From the NCBI GenBank assembly GCA_965223705.1, contig OZ245015.1, forward strand, positions 1,888,001 through 1,952,000: a stretch of 64,000 nucleotides of DNA, in the 5' to 3' direction. A program made the translations under genes and the position numbers. This DNA is from Myxococcota bacterium. GTDB lineage: Bacteria > Myxococcota_A > UBA9160 > UBA6930. Below are positions 46,678 through 57,484 of this stretch, one piece after another. How positions within the stretch are numbered: the first letter of the stretch is position 1; each line of letters begins with the position of its first letter. The notes beneath the pieces were generated by a model. The model searched no databases and was not told the origin of the DNA. It saw only the letters and a program-made list of their open reading frames with translations.

Positions 46678-48324
46678 TTATCGTAGCCCCCGCGCGGCTT
46701 CGATCGAGATCTTTCGATCTTCTAACAGGGTTCCCTGTGCGGTGTCCAGTCGCGCGATCGCTTCGCGATAACGTTGTAGCGCAGCGATCCGTTGACTCTC
46801 CGCCTCGACCAGATCGCGCTCCCGTTGCAATACCTCAAACGGCGTGGACTCGCCGTACTCGAGACGGACGCGCTCGGCGTTCAACTGTTCGTCGGCGGCG
46901 GCGCGCCGACGCTCGGCGGCTTCGATTCCCTTCCGCGACGACAAGAGGTCCCGCACCGCGACGCGCGCCTCGAGAATGATGCTTTGTTCGGTGCGCTTCA
47001 GGCGTGTCCGCGCGCGTCGCAGCTCGAGCTCTCTCGCGCGCGCGTCGGAAAGCGCACGGACATTGCCGAGGGGTACAGACAGATTCGCTCGGAGAGACCA
47101 ACTCCGCGCGCCGCTCGCATCGAAGAGGTCGTCATCGGCGTCGCCAAAGTCGCGATCGATCAAAAGCGGTGCGGGCGGGTCGGGCATCCCGTCGCCGTCG
47201 ATGTCGCGCGGAATGATGAGGCGGTTCGAATTCTCTTGCCCCGCGAGCCCGGCGAACCCGTAGCGACCGACCAAGTCGAGCTCCGGAAGCCGTTGGTTCT
47301 TCGCGAACTGCACGCGCAGCTCTTCCTGTTCGACCTGCTGGCGCGCCGTCGCGAGCTCCGGGCGCCGCGAAAACGCGCGCGCTGTGATCGCCTCGAGGTC
47401 GACTTCGTATTCCGTGACCTCGGGCTTGTCGACGGGCCGGATCAACACGTTCGACGTCGGCGTGAGGCGCGGCCCGAAGACGCGATCGACGAGGTCGTCC
47501 TGTGCGTTGAAGAAGGCGTTCTCCGCGACGATGCGGTTGACTTCGCGCTCGGCGACACCGGCTTCGGATTCCGTGACTTCGACTTTCGAAACCGTGCCCA
47601 CTTCGTATTGCGCCTCGGTGAGATCGCGCAGGGCGATCGACGTGTCGAGGCTCTTCTCGGCGACGCGCAGGTTTTCTTCCGAGGAGACGAGGGCCCAGTA
47701 ACTGAGCTCGATGTCCCGCACCGCTTCGATCAGCCGCGCGCGGAAATCCTCGACGGCGCTCTCCTCGCGGAGACCCGACAAGCGCACCTCGATCCACGGT
47801 TCGTTGACCAGGAAGTTCCGAAGAAGGGGGACTTCGGCGCTGGCGCTCAGCGTCGAGCGGTAACGGGGGGACAGGGATTCGATCGACGAGTTCGTTTCGA
47901 GGGACTCTCCGACGTACCCGATTTCCCAGTTTCCGCCGAGTCGAGGGAACAGACCGCGGATTCCCGCGCCGCCTTCGAGGCGTCGCTCACCGAGGATGTT
48001 GTCGCTCTGAAGCGAGCTCGCCACCGGCGTCTCATCGCTCCGATACCCGTAGTTGGCGAAGACCTCCGGGTCGTACACGCCGAGGGCGGACGTTCGCGCC
48101 TCGCTCGCGATCAGCGGAGCGTGGCGTTCGATCTCGACGTCGAGGTTGTTTTCGACCCCGCGGGCGATCGCCTCGAGGAGCGTCAGGGGAACCTCTTCGC
48201 CGCTTTGCGAAGTGAGCACGGCGGCGGCCTTGTCGTCGGCTTCCACCGACTGCGACGGTGCGGCGAACGCGAGGCACGAGAGTAGGGCCCACGCTCGCAG
48301 CCGTCGCTGCGAAACCATCTGCAT
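46678..48324 (-). CDS. TolC family outer membrane efflux protein
   Basis: Signal peptide, LTLLEAI...NNL, RRPEL, LPELDL and two OEP repeats with G.ST..EVL. Confidence 0.88.
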   Translation of the reverse strand: MQMVSQRRLRAWALLSCLAFAAPSQSVEADDKAAAVLTSQSGEEVPLTLLEAIARGVENNLDVEIERHAPLIASEARTSALGVYDPEVFANYGYRSDETPVASSLQSDNILGERRLEGGAGIRGLFPRLGGNWEIGYVGESLETNSSIESLSPRYRSTLSASAEVPLLRNFLVNEPWIEVRLSGLREESAVEDFRARLIEAVRDIELSYWALVSSEENLRVAEKSLDTSIALRDLTEAQYEVGTVSKVEVTESEAGVAEREVNRIVAENAFFNAQDDLVDRVFGPRLTPTSNVLIRPVDKPEVTEYEVDLEAITARAFSRRPELATARQQVEQEELRVQFAKNQRLPELDLVGRYGFAGLAGQENSNRLIIPRDIDGDGMPDPPAPLLIDRDFGDADDDLFDASGARSWSLRANLSVPLGNVRALSDARARELELRRARTRLKRTEQSIILEARVAVRDLLSSRKGIEAAERRRAAADEQLNAERVRLEYGESTPFEVLQRERDLVEAESQRIAALQRYREAIARLDTAQGTLLEDRKISIEAARGLR

Positions 48325-48407
48325 CCTGGAAACCTCCGTTTCGGATTTAGCGGCACCGAGGAGAGGATGCCACGCTCCGTCGGCGGCCTCGGCTATTCTC
48401 GTCGGCT

Positions 48408-49130
48408 ATGGGGGCACGTGATCAGCGTGTGGCGGCCATCGTCGTCGGAGGCGGTGCGGGAACTCGGCTCGTCGAGAGCTCGGGAGAGGCACAGCTGCCG
48501 CCGAAAGCGCTGGTTTCCGTTGCGGGTCGTCCCCTGATCTCGTGGTCGCTCCGGGCGTTGCTCGCGTCAAGAACCGTAATGTCGGTTCTTCCCGTGCTTC
48601 CCGCGGAGTCGCTCGGCGCGTGGGCGGAGATCGCTTCGGAGTTCTCATCGCTGCCCGGGTTGTCGACACCGGTCGCGGGCGGCGGGACGCGACAGGAATC
48701 CGTGGCCGCCGGCCTCGCTGCGCTCTCACCCGGAGCGGCGTACGTCGCCGTTCACGACGCGGCGCGGCCGCTCATAGCGCCCGACGCGATCGATCGCGTC
48801 GTCGAAACTGCGCTCGCGCACGGCGCAGCCATCCTCGCGGCTCCGGTGTCGGATACGATCAAGCTCGTGTCCGAAGGCGCGATCGCTTCGACGCCGCCTC
48901 GGCCCCATTGCTACGCCGCACAGACGCCTCAAGTCTTTCGGGTGGATTGGCTGCGCGAAGCGCACGAGAAAGCCGCCGCAGAGGGTTACACGGGAACCGA
49001 CGACGCAGAGCTCGTCGAGCGGCTCGGCGTACCGGTGCGCGTCGTCACGGGAGATCCCCGCAATCGAAAAGTCACCGACGCGGAGGACCTGGCCTGGGTC
49101 GAAGCGCGCCTGCGACAGGGCGCCCCGTGA
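48408..49130 (+). CDS. ispD: 2-C-methyl-D-erythritol 4-phosphate cytidylyltransferase
   Basis: GGGAGTR, GGGTRQESV, VHDAARP, QTPQVF and TDDA motifs. Confidence 0.93.
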   Translation: MGARDQRVAAIVVGGGAGTRLVESSGEAQLPPKALVSVAGRPLISWSLRALLASRTVMSVLPVLPAESLGAWAEIASEFSSLPGLSTPVAGGGTRQESVAAGLAALSPGAAYVAVHDAARPLIAPDAIDRVVETALAHGAAILAAPVSDTIKLVSEGAIASTPPRPHCYAAQTPQVFRVDWLREAHEKAAAEGYTGTDDAELVERLGVPVRVVTGDPRNRKVTDAEDLAWVEARLRQGAP

Positions 49131-49618
49131 GGATCGGCCACGGCTTCGATGTCCACGCGTTGGCAGAGGGCCGCGATCTCTATTTGGGCGGGCAGTTCGT
49201 CCCCTGCGATCGCGGCCTCGAAGGTCACTCCGACGGCGACGTGCTCCTCCACGCCGTGGCTTCGGCGATGCTCGGGGCGCTCGGGGAAGGCGACCTCGGC
49301 ACTCACTTTCCTTCGAGCGACCCGAAGCTCGCCGGGATTTCGAGTCGGGACATCCTCGACGATGTCTTGACGAAAGCTTCTCAGGCGGGGTTTGTGCTCT
49401 CCAACGCGGATACGACGGTGATTGCGCAGGAACCGCGGCTCGCGCCGTACCGCGATGGTATAACCACCTCCCTCGCCGACGCGCTCGGCGTGGATCGCGA
49501 CCGGGTCAACGTCAAGGTGACGAGCACCGATCACTTGGGCGCGATCGGCCGCGGTGAGGGCATCGCGGCCCACGCGGTGGTGCTTCTCGTTCCCAGAACC
49601 CGAGGATTGGGCTCTTGA
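49127..49618 (+). CDS. ispF: MECDP synthase
   Basis: RIGHGFDVH, GHSDGDVLLHA and GRGEGIAA motifs. Confidence 0.95.
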   Translation: MRIGHGFDVHALAEGRDLYLGGQFVPCDRGLEGHSDGDVLLHAVASAMLGALGEGDLGTHFPSSDPKLAGISSRDILDDVLTKASQAGFVLSNADTTVIAQEPRLAPYRDGITTSLADALGVDRDRVNVKVTSTDHLGAIGRGEGIAAHAVVLLVPRTRGLGS

Positions 49619-51018
49619 CGCTCACGCTCTACAACACGCGGACCCGGCAGAAGGAGCCGTTCACGCCCCTCGAACCCGGCTGCGTCGGGGTCTATTCATG
49701 CGGACCGACGGTGTATTCCGCGCAACACATCGGAAACATGCGCCCTTACATGTTCGCGGATCTCCTCTGTCGGGCCCTCGAGGGCGAGGGACTTAGCGTC
49801 ACCCATGTTGTCAATATCACCGACGTCGGGCACCTGACCGACGACGCCGATGCCGGTGACGACAAAATGGAAGTCGCAGCGAAAACTGCGGGCAAGCGGG
49901 CCTCCGACATCGCCGAGGAGTACACCGCCCAGTGGCTGAACGACCGCCGACGCCTGAATTGCCGGGATCCCGACGTGCTGTGCAAGGCCACCGACCATAT
50001 TGCCGAGCAAGTCGAGCTTGCACTCGAGCTCGAGCGTCGCGGCTTCACGTACCGCATCGAGGACGGGATTTACTTCGACGTGGCGAAGTTTCCCCGCTAC
50101 GCCGAGTTCGCGGGCCTCGACCTCGAGCAGGGGGGCGAAGCTCGGATCGAAGGCGTCGCCGGGAAGCGTCACTTCGCGGATTTCGCCCTGTGGAAGTTCG
50201 CGGCGCCGGGCGTGGTGCGGCAGCAGGAATGGGATTCGCCGTGGGGGCGCGGCTTCCCGGGTTGGCACCTCGAGTGTTCGGCGATGAGCACGAAATTTCT
50301 GGGCCAGCGGTTCGATATCCACACCGGCGGTGTCGATCACATCAAGGTCCACCACACCAATGAGATCGCGCAGAGCGAAGCGGCTTTCGGGACGCACCCG
50401 TGGGTCGGTGTGTGGATGCACAACGAGTTTCTCGATTTTCGCGGCGAGAAGATGTCGAAGTCGCTCGGCAACATCTACGTGCTCGACGATCTGGTGGAGC
50501 GCGGCTTTCATCCGCTCGGCTACCGCTACTTCTTCCTGCAAGCGCACTACCGGCGTCAGCAGACGTTTACCGACGAGGCCATGGAAGCGGCGGATCGCGG
50601 CTATCGGCGGCTCCGCACGGCGACGTCGGAGCTGCGGGAGGCGTCCGGAGCACCCGACGACGCGGCCGTCGAGCAACATGCGAAGACGTTTCGGGGATTC
50701 GTCGCGGATGACCTCAACGCGCCGCGTGCGCTCGCGCTGGCGATCGAGGTCGCGCGAGACGGGACCCTCGAACCCGCGACACGCCGGGCACTCATCGAGC
50801 GGTTCGATTCCTGGCTGGGTCTCGACCTCCTCGAGGGGCCCCTTCCGGAGGAGGCAGCGGAAAGCGATCCTCGGATCGACGCCTTGGTTGCGGAGCGTGA
50901 CGCCGCGCGGGCGGCGAAGGATTTCGCCCGGGCGGACGAGATCCGCGACCTCCTGGCGGAGGAAGGGATTACCATTGCCGACTCACCGGCCGGCACGGTC
51001 TGGAAGCGCGAATCATGA
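49615..51018 (+). CDS. cysS: Cysteine-tRNA ligase
   Basis: [24 protein letters not shown] and KMSKSLGN motifs. Confidence 0.96.
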   Translation: MTLTLYNTRTRQKEPFTPLEPGCVGVYSCGPTVYSAQHIGNMRPYMFADLLCRALEGEGLSVTHVVNITDVGHLTDDADAGDDKMEVAAKTAGKRASDIAEEYTAQWLNDRRRLNCRDPDVLCKATDHIAEQVELALELERRGFTYRIEDGIYFDVAKFPRYAEFAGLDLEQGGEARIEGVAGKRHFADFALWKFAAPGVVRQQEWDSPWGRGFPGWHLECSAMSTKFLGQRFDIHTGGVDHIKVHHTNEIAQSEAAFGTHPWVGVWMHNEFLDFRGEKMSKSLGNIYVLDDLVERGFHPLGYRYFFLQAHYRRQQTFTDEAMEAADRGYRRLRTATSELREASGAPDDAAVEQHAKTFRGFVADDLNAPRALALAIEVARDGTLEPATRRALIERFDSWLGLDLLEGPLPEEAAESDPRIDALVAERDAARAAKDFARADEIRDLLAEEGITIADSPAGTVWKRES

Positions 51019-51074
51019 GTGGCGTCGGACACGCTCTCTGGAAGCGCGAATCATGAGTGGCGTCGGACACGCTC
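50999..51074. repeat. Perfect 38-bp tandem duplication at the cysS/uvrB junction
   Basis: TCTGGAAGCGCGAATCATGAGTGGCGTCGGACACGCTC at 50999-51036 and 51037-51074. Confidence 0.95.
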
Positions 51075-53083
51075 TCGAAGAACGCAGCGGTCCGCCTTTC
51101 CGGTTGGTATCGCCCTTCGAACCGCAGGGCGATCAGCCGAAGGCCATCGATCGCTTGGCCGCTGGTCTCGAAGCCGGCCTGGCGCACCAGACGCTATTGG
51201 GCGTCACCGGGAGCGGTAAATCCTTTTCCATGGCGTGCGTCGTCGAGCGGCTGAACCGACCGGCGCTCGTCATGGCGCCGAACAAGACGCTCGCCGCCCA
51301 GCTGTATTCCGAATTCAAGGCGCTCTTCCCGGAAAACGCGGTCGAGTACTTCGTCTCCTACTACGACTACTACCAGCCCGAGGCCTATCTCCCGACGACC
51401 GACACGTACATCGAAAAAGACTCATCGATCAACGACGAGATCGACAAGCTCCGCCACTCCGCAACCCACTCGTTGCTGACGCGCCGAGACGCGCTCGTGG
51501 TCGCGAGCGTCTCGTGCATCTACGGACTCGGCGCTCCGGGGACGTACGGCTCCATGCACGCGTACGTCGAAACGGGGATGACCCTCTCGCGAGACGACCT
51601 CCTGCACCGGCTCGTCGACATGCTGTACGAACGCAACGACGTCGATTTCCATCGCGGCACGTTCCGGGTGCGGGGCGACGTCGTCGAGGTCTTCCCCCAG
51701 TACGAGAGCGAGCGGGCGATCCGGATCGAGTTCTTCGGGGATGAAGTCGAGAGCATCGCCGAGATCGATCCCTTGCGGGGGCGCGCGTTGACGCGACCGA
51801 AGCGCGCGATGATCTACCCCGCGAGCCACTACGTCGCGACCGACGAACGCCTGAAGAACGCCGTCGCGGGAATTCGGGAAGAGCTGCGGGAGCGCCTCGG
51901 CGAGCTGCGCTCGGAGAACAAGCTCCTCGAGGCCCAACGGCTCGAGCAGCGCACGATGTACGACCTCGAAATGCTCGAAGAAATGGGGTTTTGCCACGGG
52001 GTCGAGAACTATTCGCGCTGGCTCGACGGGCGCTCGCCGGGACAGGCGCCGTACACGCTGTACGACTACTTCCCGGACGACCTGATCGTGTTTCTCGACG
52101 AGAGCCACATGACCGTTCCGCAGATCGGCGGGATGTTCCGCGGTGATCGGGCCCGCAAGGAAACCCTCGTCGAATACGGTTTTCGGCTCCCCTCGGCTCT
52201 GGACAACCGTCCCCTGCGCTTCGAAGAGTGGGAGGAGCGGGTCGGGCAGGCGATCTACGTTTCGGCGACGCCTGCGGAGTTCGAGCTCAAGCTGTCGGGC
52301 GATGCGGTCGCCGAGCAAGTGATTCGACCGACCGGGTTGATGGACCCCGAAGTCGAGGTGCGCCCCGCCCAGGGGCAGGTCGACGATCTTCTCTCGGAAA
52401 TCCGCGCACGCGTGGAGAAGAAGGACCGCGTGTTGGTCACGACGCTGACCAAACGCATGGCCGAGGAGTTGACCGACTACTACGCGGACCACGACGTGCG
52501 GATCCGCTACTTGCACAGCGACATCAAGACCATTGAGCGGACAGAAATCATTCGAGAGCTCCGGGAAGGCGGATTCGACGTGCTCGTCGGGATCAATCTG
52601 TTGCGCGAAGGACTCGATATCCCCGAAGTCGCGCTGGTCGCGATCCTCGATGCCGACAAAGAGGGGTTCCTCCGTTCCACGCGCTCCTTGATCCAGACCA
52701 TCGGGCGGGCCGCGCGGAACGTCGAGGGCAAGGTCATTCTGTACGCCGACAAAGAGACGGATTCGATCCGGGCGACGCTCGAAGAAACCGAGCGTCGGCG
52801 AGAACGCCAGCGGCAATACAACGAGGAGCACGGCATCACGCCGCGTTCCGTGGCGAAACGCATCGATAGCCTGCGCGACTCGATCTGGGAAGCGGACTAC
52901 GTGACCGTCACGAAGGGCGACGAGCCCGAGGCTTCCGGGGTCCCGGCCCACGAGCTGCCGTCGCTGATCGAGGCCCTTCGCACGGAGATGGTTGCGGCCG
53001 CGAAAGAGCTCGAATTCGAGCATGCGGCGGAGCTTCGGGATCGAATCCAAGCGCTCGAAAGGGAGCGCTTGAAGCAGAGTTGA
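51053..53083 (+). CDS. uvrB: Excinuclease ABC subunit B
   Basis: [29 protein letters not shown] and QTIGRAAR motifs. The in-frame ATG is in the second repeat copy. Confidence 0.97.
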   Translation: MSGVGHALEERSGPPFRLVSPFEPQGDQPKAIDRLAAGLEAGLAHQTLLGVTGSGKSFSMACVVERLNRPALVMAPNKTLAAQLYSEFKALFPENAVEYFVSYYDYYQPEAYLPTTDTYIEKDSSINDEIDKLRHSATHSLLTRRDALVVASVSCIYGLGAPGTYGSMHAYVETGMTLSRDDLLHRLVDMLYERNDVDFHRGTFRVRGDVVEVFPQYESERAIRIEFFGDEVESIAEIDPLRGRALTRPKRAMIYPASHYVATDERLKNAVAGIREELRERLGELRSENKLLEAQRLEQRTMYDLEMLEEMGFCHGVENYSRWLDGRSPGQAPYTLYDYFPDDLIVFLDESHMTVPQIGGMFRGDRARKETLVEYGFRLPSALDNRPLRFEEWEERVGQAIYVSATPAEFELKLSGDAVAEQVIRPTGLMDPEVEVRPAQGQVDDLLSEIRARVEKKDRVLVTTLTKRMAEELTDYYADHDVRIRYLHSDIKTIERTEIIRELREGGFDVLVGINLLREGLDIPEVALVAILDADKEGFLRSTRSLIQTIGRAARNVEGKVILYADKETDSIRATLEETERRRERQRQYNEEHGITPRSVAKRIDSLRDSIWEADYVTVTKGDEPEASGVPAHELPSLIEALRTEMVAAAKELEFEHAAELRDRIQALERERLKQS

Positions 53084-54996
53084 GCGGCGTGGATCTCGAG
53101 CAACGAGCGGCGGAGCTCCCCAAGGAGCCCGGTGTCTACCTGTTCAAGACGGCCCGCGGCAAAGTTCTCTACGTCGGCAAGGCTCAGAATCTGCGCTCTC
53201 GCGTGCGCTCCTACCTGTCTCCCGGCGGCGACGGCCGCTACCGCGTGCCGTACTTGGTCGAGCGTTCCGAGGACATCGACGTCCTCGTAACGGCCAACGT
53301 CAAGGACGCACTTCTTCTCGAAAACGAGCTCATCAAACAGCACAAGCCGACGTTCAACGTCCGGCTCCGCGACGACAAGCAGTACTTAGCGCTCCGCATC
53401 GATCCGAGTGATCCGTGGCCGCGTCTACTGCCCGTGCGGAAGTTCGCGCGGGACGGCGCACAGTACTTCGGGCCCTACACGTCGAGCCAGAGTATGCGCG
53501 ACGCGATCTCGAACTTGCGCAGGATCTTTCCGCTGCGCTCGTGCCGCGACGGCACGTTTCGAGACTACGAGCGCCGCGGACGTCCGTGTATCGAATACGA
53601 GATGAAACGCTGTTCAGGGCCGTGCTGCGGCCTCGTGACGCGCGAGGCCTACGCCGAGACCGTCGAAGGAACGATTCTCTTTCTCAAAGGCGAGTCGACG
53701 CGCCTCGTCGAAGAGCTCGAGTCGAAGATGCGGGCCGCCGCGGAGGCGGAGCGCTTTGAGGACGCGGCTCGGTTGCGGGATCGCATCACCGCGGTTGAAC
53801 GAACCGTCGAGCGACAACAGATCGTGAGTGAAAAGCCCATCGATCGCGACGTCTTCGGTTTGGCGCGACGCGGAGGAGAAGTCGCGGTCCAGGCCCTGCT
53901 GGTGCGCGAGGGGCGGGTGATCGGGACCGGCGAGTACGGCTTTTCGGACGTTCGCATCGACGATGCCGAAGTGATGGAGTCGTTTCTCGGCCAGTACTAC
54001 ACGACTCGCGGTGATACGTCCTGGCCGAGCGAGGTGTTGACCTCGACGGAAGTGCGCGACGGGGAAGCGCTGGTGGGCTTCCTCAGCGAGCGAAGTCCGA
54101 ACCGGGTCGCGTTGCGGAAACCGCAGCGGGGCAAGTTGCGAGAACTCGTCGACATGGCGGTGCGAAACGCCGAACTCGCTCTGACGACCCGTCTCGAGGC
54201 GCGAGACAGCGTGGTCCGATCGCTCGAGGAGCTGCAGCGCAAATTGCATCTCGACGACCTGCCGCGACACATCGAGTGCTACGACATCTCGAACTTGCAG
54301 GGCACGCTGCCCGTCGGGAGTCGCGTCGTGTTCATCGACGGCCGACCGGAAAAATCACTCTACCGCCGCTACCGGATCAAACAGGCGCAGGGCGGCGACG
54401 ATCTCGCGTGTCTCCGGGAAGTGTTCGAGCGCCGCCTCGCGAAAGTCGATCGAGATCCCTTGCCCGATCTGTTGGTCGTCGATGGCGGTCGCGGGCAGGT
54501 CGCGGTGACGACGGCGGCCCTCGCTGACGCTGGGTTGTCCGTCGACCACGTGGGCATCGCGAAAGAGAAAGACGAGGAGAGCCCGTCTCCTCGGGTCAAA
54601 CGCTCCGGTGGGCTGAAAGCCGATCGAATCTTTCTCGCGGGTCGAACGAACCCCGTGATGTTGTTACCGAACTCGCGCGGCTTGTTGCTGTTGCAGCGCG
54701 TGCGCGACGAAGCGCATCGCTTTGCGATCGAATACCAACGCGAGCTGCGCAGGCGACTCAACCTGACTTCGATTCTCGAGGAGCTCCCCGGGATCGGACC
54801 CCGCAAGCGCCGCGCTTTGCTGCGACACTTCGGGTCGCTCCGACGCGTTCGCGAAGCGACGGTCGATGAACTGGGCTTGGTCGAAGGCATTCACGCAGCC
54901 GATGCCGAAGCCATCTCGGCGTTCTTCCGCGCCGTCACGTCGGACACGGCGACGGACGACGCCGGGGAAGATGCCGGCGAGGCGCCCTCGGGTTAG
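53080..54996 (+). CDS. uvrC: Excinuclease ABC subunit C
   Basis: GIY-YIG (PGVYLF...YVGKA), [22 protein letters not shown] and a C-terminal HhH motif. Confidence 0.96.
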   Translation: MSGVDLEQRAAELPKEPGVYLFKTARGKVLYVGKAQNLRSRVRSYLSPGGDGRYRVPYLVERSEDIDVLVTANVKDALLLENELIKQHKPTFNVRLRDDKQYLALRIDPSDPWPRLLPVRKFARDGAQYFGPYTSSQSMRDAISNLRRIFPLRSCRDGTFRDYERRGRPCIEYEMKRCSGPCCGLVTREAYAETVEGTILFLKGESTRLVEELESKMRAAAEAERFEDAARLRDRITAVERTVERQQIVSEKPIDRDVFGLARRGGEVAVQALLVREGRVIGTGEYGFSDVRIDDAEVMESFLGQYYTTRGDTSWPSEVLTSTEVRDGEALVGFLSERSPNRVALRKPQRGKLRELVDMAVRNAELALTTRLEARDSVVRSLEELQRKLHLDDLPRHIECYDISNLQGTLPVGSRVVFIDGRPEKSLYRRYRIKQAQGGDDLACLREVFERRLAKVDRDPLPDLLVVDGGRGQVAVTTAALADAGLSVDHVGIAKEKDEESPSPRVKRSGGLKADRIFLAGRTNPVMLLPNSRGLLLLQRVRDEAHRFAIEYQRELRRRLNLTSILEELPGIGPRKRRALLRHFGSLRRVREATVDELGLVEGIHAADAEAISAFFRAVTSDTATDDAGEDAGEAPSG

Positions 54997-55028
54997 TCTC
55001 CGGACGACGCGGTCCCGCCGAGTGCCCC

Positions 55029-57326
55029 GTGCCGCTCCGCCTCGCTTTGTGCTTCGCAGCGGGCATTGTCTTGGCCGACGCCTTCTCGTGGGATGCCGGT
55101 CCCCTGACACGCGTGTTCCTGCTCGGCTGTGCGTGTGCCGTGCTGCGCCCCCGCCCTCTCTTGCGAGATCTTTGCGTCGCCCTCGCCGGCGCCGTGTCTC
55201 TGGCAGCTTCGCTCGAAGCGGCGCGCGGGAGCGAGCCGCCCGAGACGACGGTCCTCGCCGAAGGACGCGTGGAGGCCGTCTACCGTTTTGGCGACCGAAC
55301 GGGATGGCGCGTGTGCGAACTCGCGCTGGCGGAGCTTGCCCCTTTCTCGCCCCCTCGGTGCGCTCGCGTCTGGACCGTCCGCTCGTCGCAGATCCTGCCG
55401 GGCGACCGCGTGCGATTCGCGGCGAAGTTTCGCCGACCCGCAGGTGCGCGGAACCCGGGGGACGTCGACCGCCGAAGGGTCCTCGCGAGGCGCGGGGTCG
55501 GGTGGGAAGGGAGCGTGCGCAACGGGTCGGTCGTCGTGCGGCTGGAGCCGCCGCCTAGGCTTCGCGCGCTTCGTGCGTTTCGCGCGCGTATCGCCGACGA
55601 GCTCGGTCGGCGCGGCCCCGGCGGTGCTCTCCTCGCGGGTCTTGCCCTCGGCCACCGCGATCACCTGCCCGCGAGCTTGCGCGGTTCTTTCGCATCACTG
55701 GGCGTCGCACATCTGCTCGCTGTGTCGGGGCTCCACGTCGGTCTCGTCGCGGGCGGAGCTTTCCTCGGCGCGCGCGCCGGATTGCTGCGCGCGACCTTCT
55801 TCGCGAGCCGGATCGATCCGAGGCCCGTCGCGTGGCTCGCCGCAGGCATCGCCGCGCTGCTCTACGCGTGGCTTTCGGGGCAAGCGGTTTCGGCACAGCG
55901 TGCCTTCCTGTTTTTCTCGCTCGGCGGGATTGCGACCGCCCTCGGTCGCCGACCCTCGCTGCCCGGAATGTTCGGCGCGACGGCATTGCTGCTTCTCGCA
56001 GGGAGACCGGGACTGTTGTTTTCGGCGGGTTTTCAGTTGTCGTTCGCCGCGGTCGCGGCGCTGTGTTTCAGTCGCCATCCCGATCTCGGCGGTCCGGAGG
56101 GAAGGTTGCGTCGCGGGTTCCGCGGCGTCGTGGCGGCCAGCGCTGCAGCCGCCATCGCTACGCTCCCGCTCACCGCGTGGCACTTTCAATCGATTCCTCT
56201 CGTCGGCGTACCCGCGAACGTGCTCGCCGTACCGTGGTTTGCGGCGTTCGTCCTCCCGGCGGCGCTTTGCGCGGTTCCTCTAGCGGCTTTGCCGGCCGCA
56301 GGGGCCGAGGTCGCCTTGGCACCCCTCGTGTGGCTCGCCGAAGCGACGGCCAATGCCGTGGAAGCCTGTGCTTTCTACGTACCCGCTGGGTCGCGAGCTC
56401 CCGTCTCGGCCTTCGCCTGCATCGCGTTTGCCCTCGGCGGTGCCGTGGCTCTCGCTCGGCGCCAGAGTCTTCGAGGGCGGGTCGCTGCCGCGATTGCGGC
56501 CAGCCTGTGTCTCGCGGCGGCGCAGCATTGCGCGCCGACCGTCACCCGACCGGAAGCGTGGTTCTTCGCGGTGGGGCACGGCGACGCCGCTCTCATACGA
56601 GATCGGAGGGCGGCGATCGTGATCGACGCCGGCGGCTCGGTTGGCGACGGTTTTCGGCGCGGCGCGGTGGCACGGACGCTCGATCACCTGCACGCCACAG
56701 ACGTGGCGCTCCTCGTCGTTTCGCACGCCGACCTCGATCATCGGAGTGGCGTACCCGAGATCATCGAGACACGACGGGTACACGAGCTCTGGCTTCCGCC
56801 GGGCGGCTTGTCGGCCCCGCAGTTTCAACCCGTCGTTGACCGAGCGCGTGAGCGGGGCACGAGGATCCGCGAACGCGGAGCCGGTGATCCGGCGAAGACG
56901 ATGGGCTCACTCCGCGTGACGCCGCTCTGGCCGCCGCACGCTCTCGATCCGCGGCGCGCGAGTGAGAACAATCGCTCGCTCGTCGTGCGCATCGACTCGC
57001 CCGGTCGCGCGGTGTTGTTTGCGGGAGATCTCGAGCGGGAAGGCGAGATCGCTCTCGTCGCGGCCGCGAGTGAGGCGCGGGAGCTACGCGCCGACATCCT
57101 GAAAGTCGGGCACCACGGCAGCGCGACGTCTTCCCACCCGGCGTTTCTGCGCGCTGTGAAGCCCTCCGACGCGGTGATCTCCGCCGCGTGGCCACCGCGT
57201 TTCGAACTCCCCGCGTCCGAAGTGTTGGACCGGCTCGAAGAAATCGGCGCCCGCATCCACACGACCGGCCGCCGTGCCGTCCGACTCGACCTCGCGACAA
57301 GCGACGCGCGAGCGCGACGCGATTAG
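55029..57326 (+). CDS. comEC: ComEC/Rec2 DNA uptake protein
   Basis: RNPG, HLLAVSGLH, GFQLSF, and a metallo-beta-lactamase domain (SHADLDH, GDLE, KVGHHGS). Confidence 0.92.
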   Translation: MPLRLALCFAAGIVLADAFSWDAGPLTRVFLLGCACAVLRPRPLLRDLCVALAGAVSLAASLEAARGSEPPETTVLAEGRVEAVYRFGDRTGWRVCELALAELAPFSPPRCARVWTVRSSQILPGDRVRFAAKFRRPAGARNPGDVDRRRVLARRGVGWEGSVRNGSVVVRLEPPPRLRALRAFRARIADELGRRGPGGALLAGLALGHRDHLPASLRGSFASLGVAHLLAVSGLHVGLVAGGAFLGARAGLLRATFFASRIDPRPVAWLAAGIAALLYAWLSGQAVSAQRAFLFFSLGGIATALGRRPSLPGMFGATALLLLAGRPGLLFSAGFQLSFAAVAALCFSRHPDLGGPEGRLRRGFRGVVAASAAAAIATLPLTAWHFQSIPLVGVPANVLAVPWFAAFVLPAALCAVPLAALPAAGAEVALAPLVWLAEATANAVEACAFYVPAGSRAPVSAFACIAFALGGAVALARRQSLRGRVAAAIAASLCLAAAQHCAPTVTRPEAWFFAVGHGDAALIRDRRAAIVIDAGGSVGDGFRRGAVARTLDHLHATDVALLVVSHADLDHRSGVPEIIETRRVHELWLPPGGLSAPQFQPVVDRARERGTRIRERGAGDPAKTMGSLRVTPLWPPHALDPRRASENNRSLVVRIDSPGRAVLFAGDLEREGEIALVAAASEARELRADILKVGHHGSATSSHPAFLRAVKPSDAVISAAWPPRFELPASEVLDRLEEIGARIHTTGRRAVRLDLATSDARARRD

Positions 57327-57330
57327 CTGG

Positions 57331-57383
57331 GCGCCGCGAGGCCGCGGGAAGCGGGGGTACCGCGCGCAGTTCCGCACCGCCGC
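57331..57383. repeat. Dispersed 53-bp intergenic repeat, copy 2
   Basis: 47/53 identical to 12981-13033, in the same orientation. Confidence 0.85.
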
Positions 57384-57484
57384 TTGCGCGCGTGAATGAT
57401 CTCGTCAGCCCGCGGCGCGAGGATGTTTGAGCACGGTGCGCCCACTTCCCACGGCCCTGCCTCGGTCGACCGTTCGACGCGCCC

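Noticed and set aside
50330..51052. N-terminal extension of the 917-aa uvrB ORF, and similar extensions on MMPL, anti-sigma, aminotransferase, YceI, ispF and rapZ
   Set aside because: They overlap upstream genes in other frames. The real starts are at downstream coupled or RBS-supported codons.
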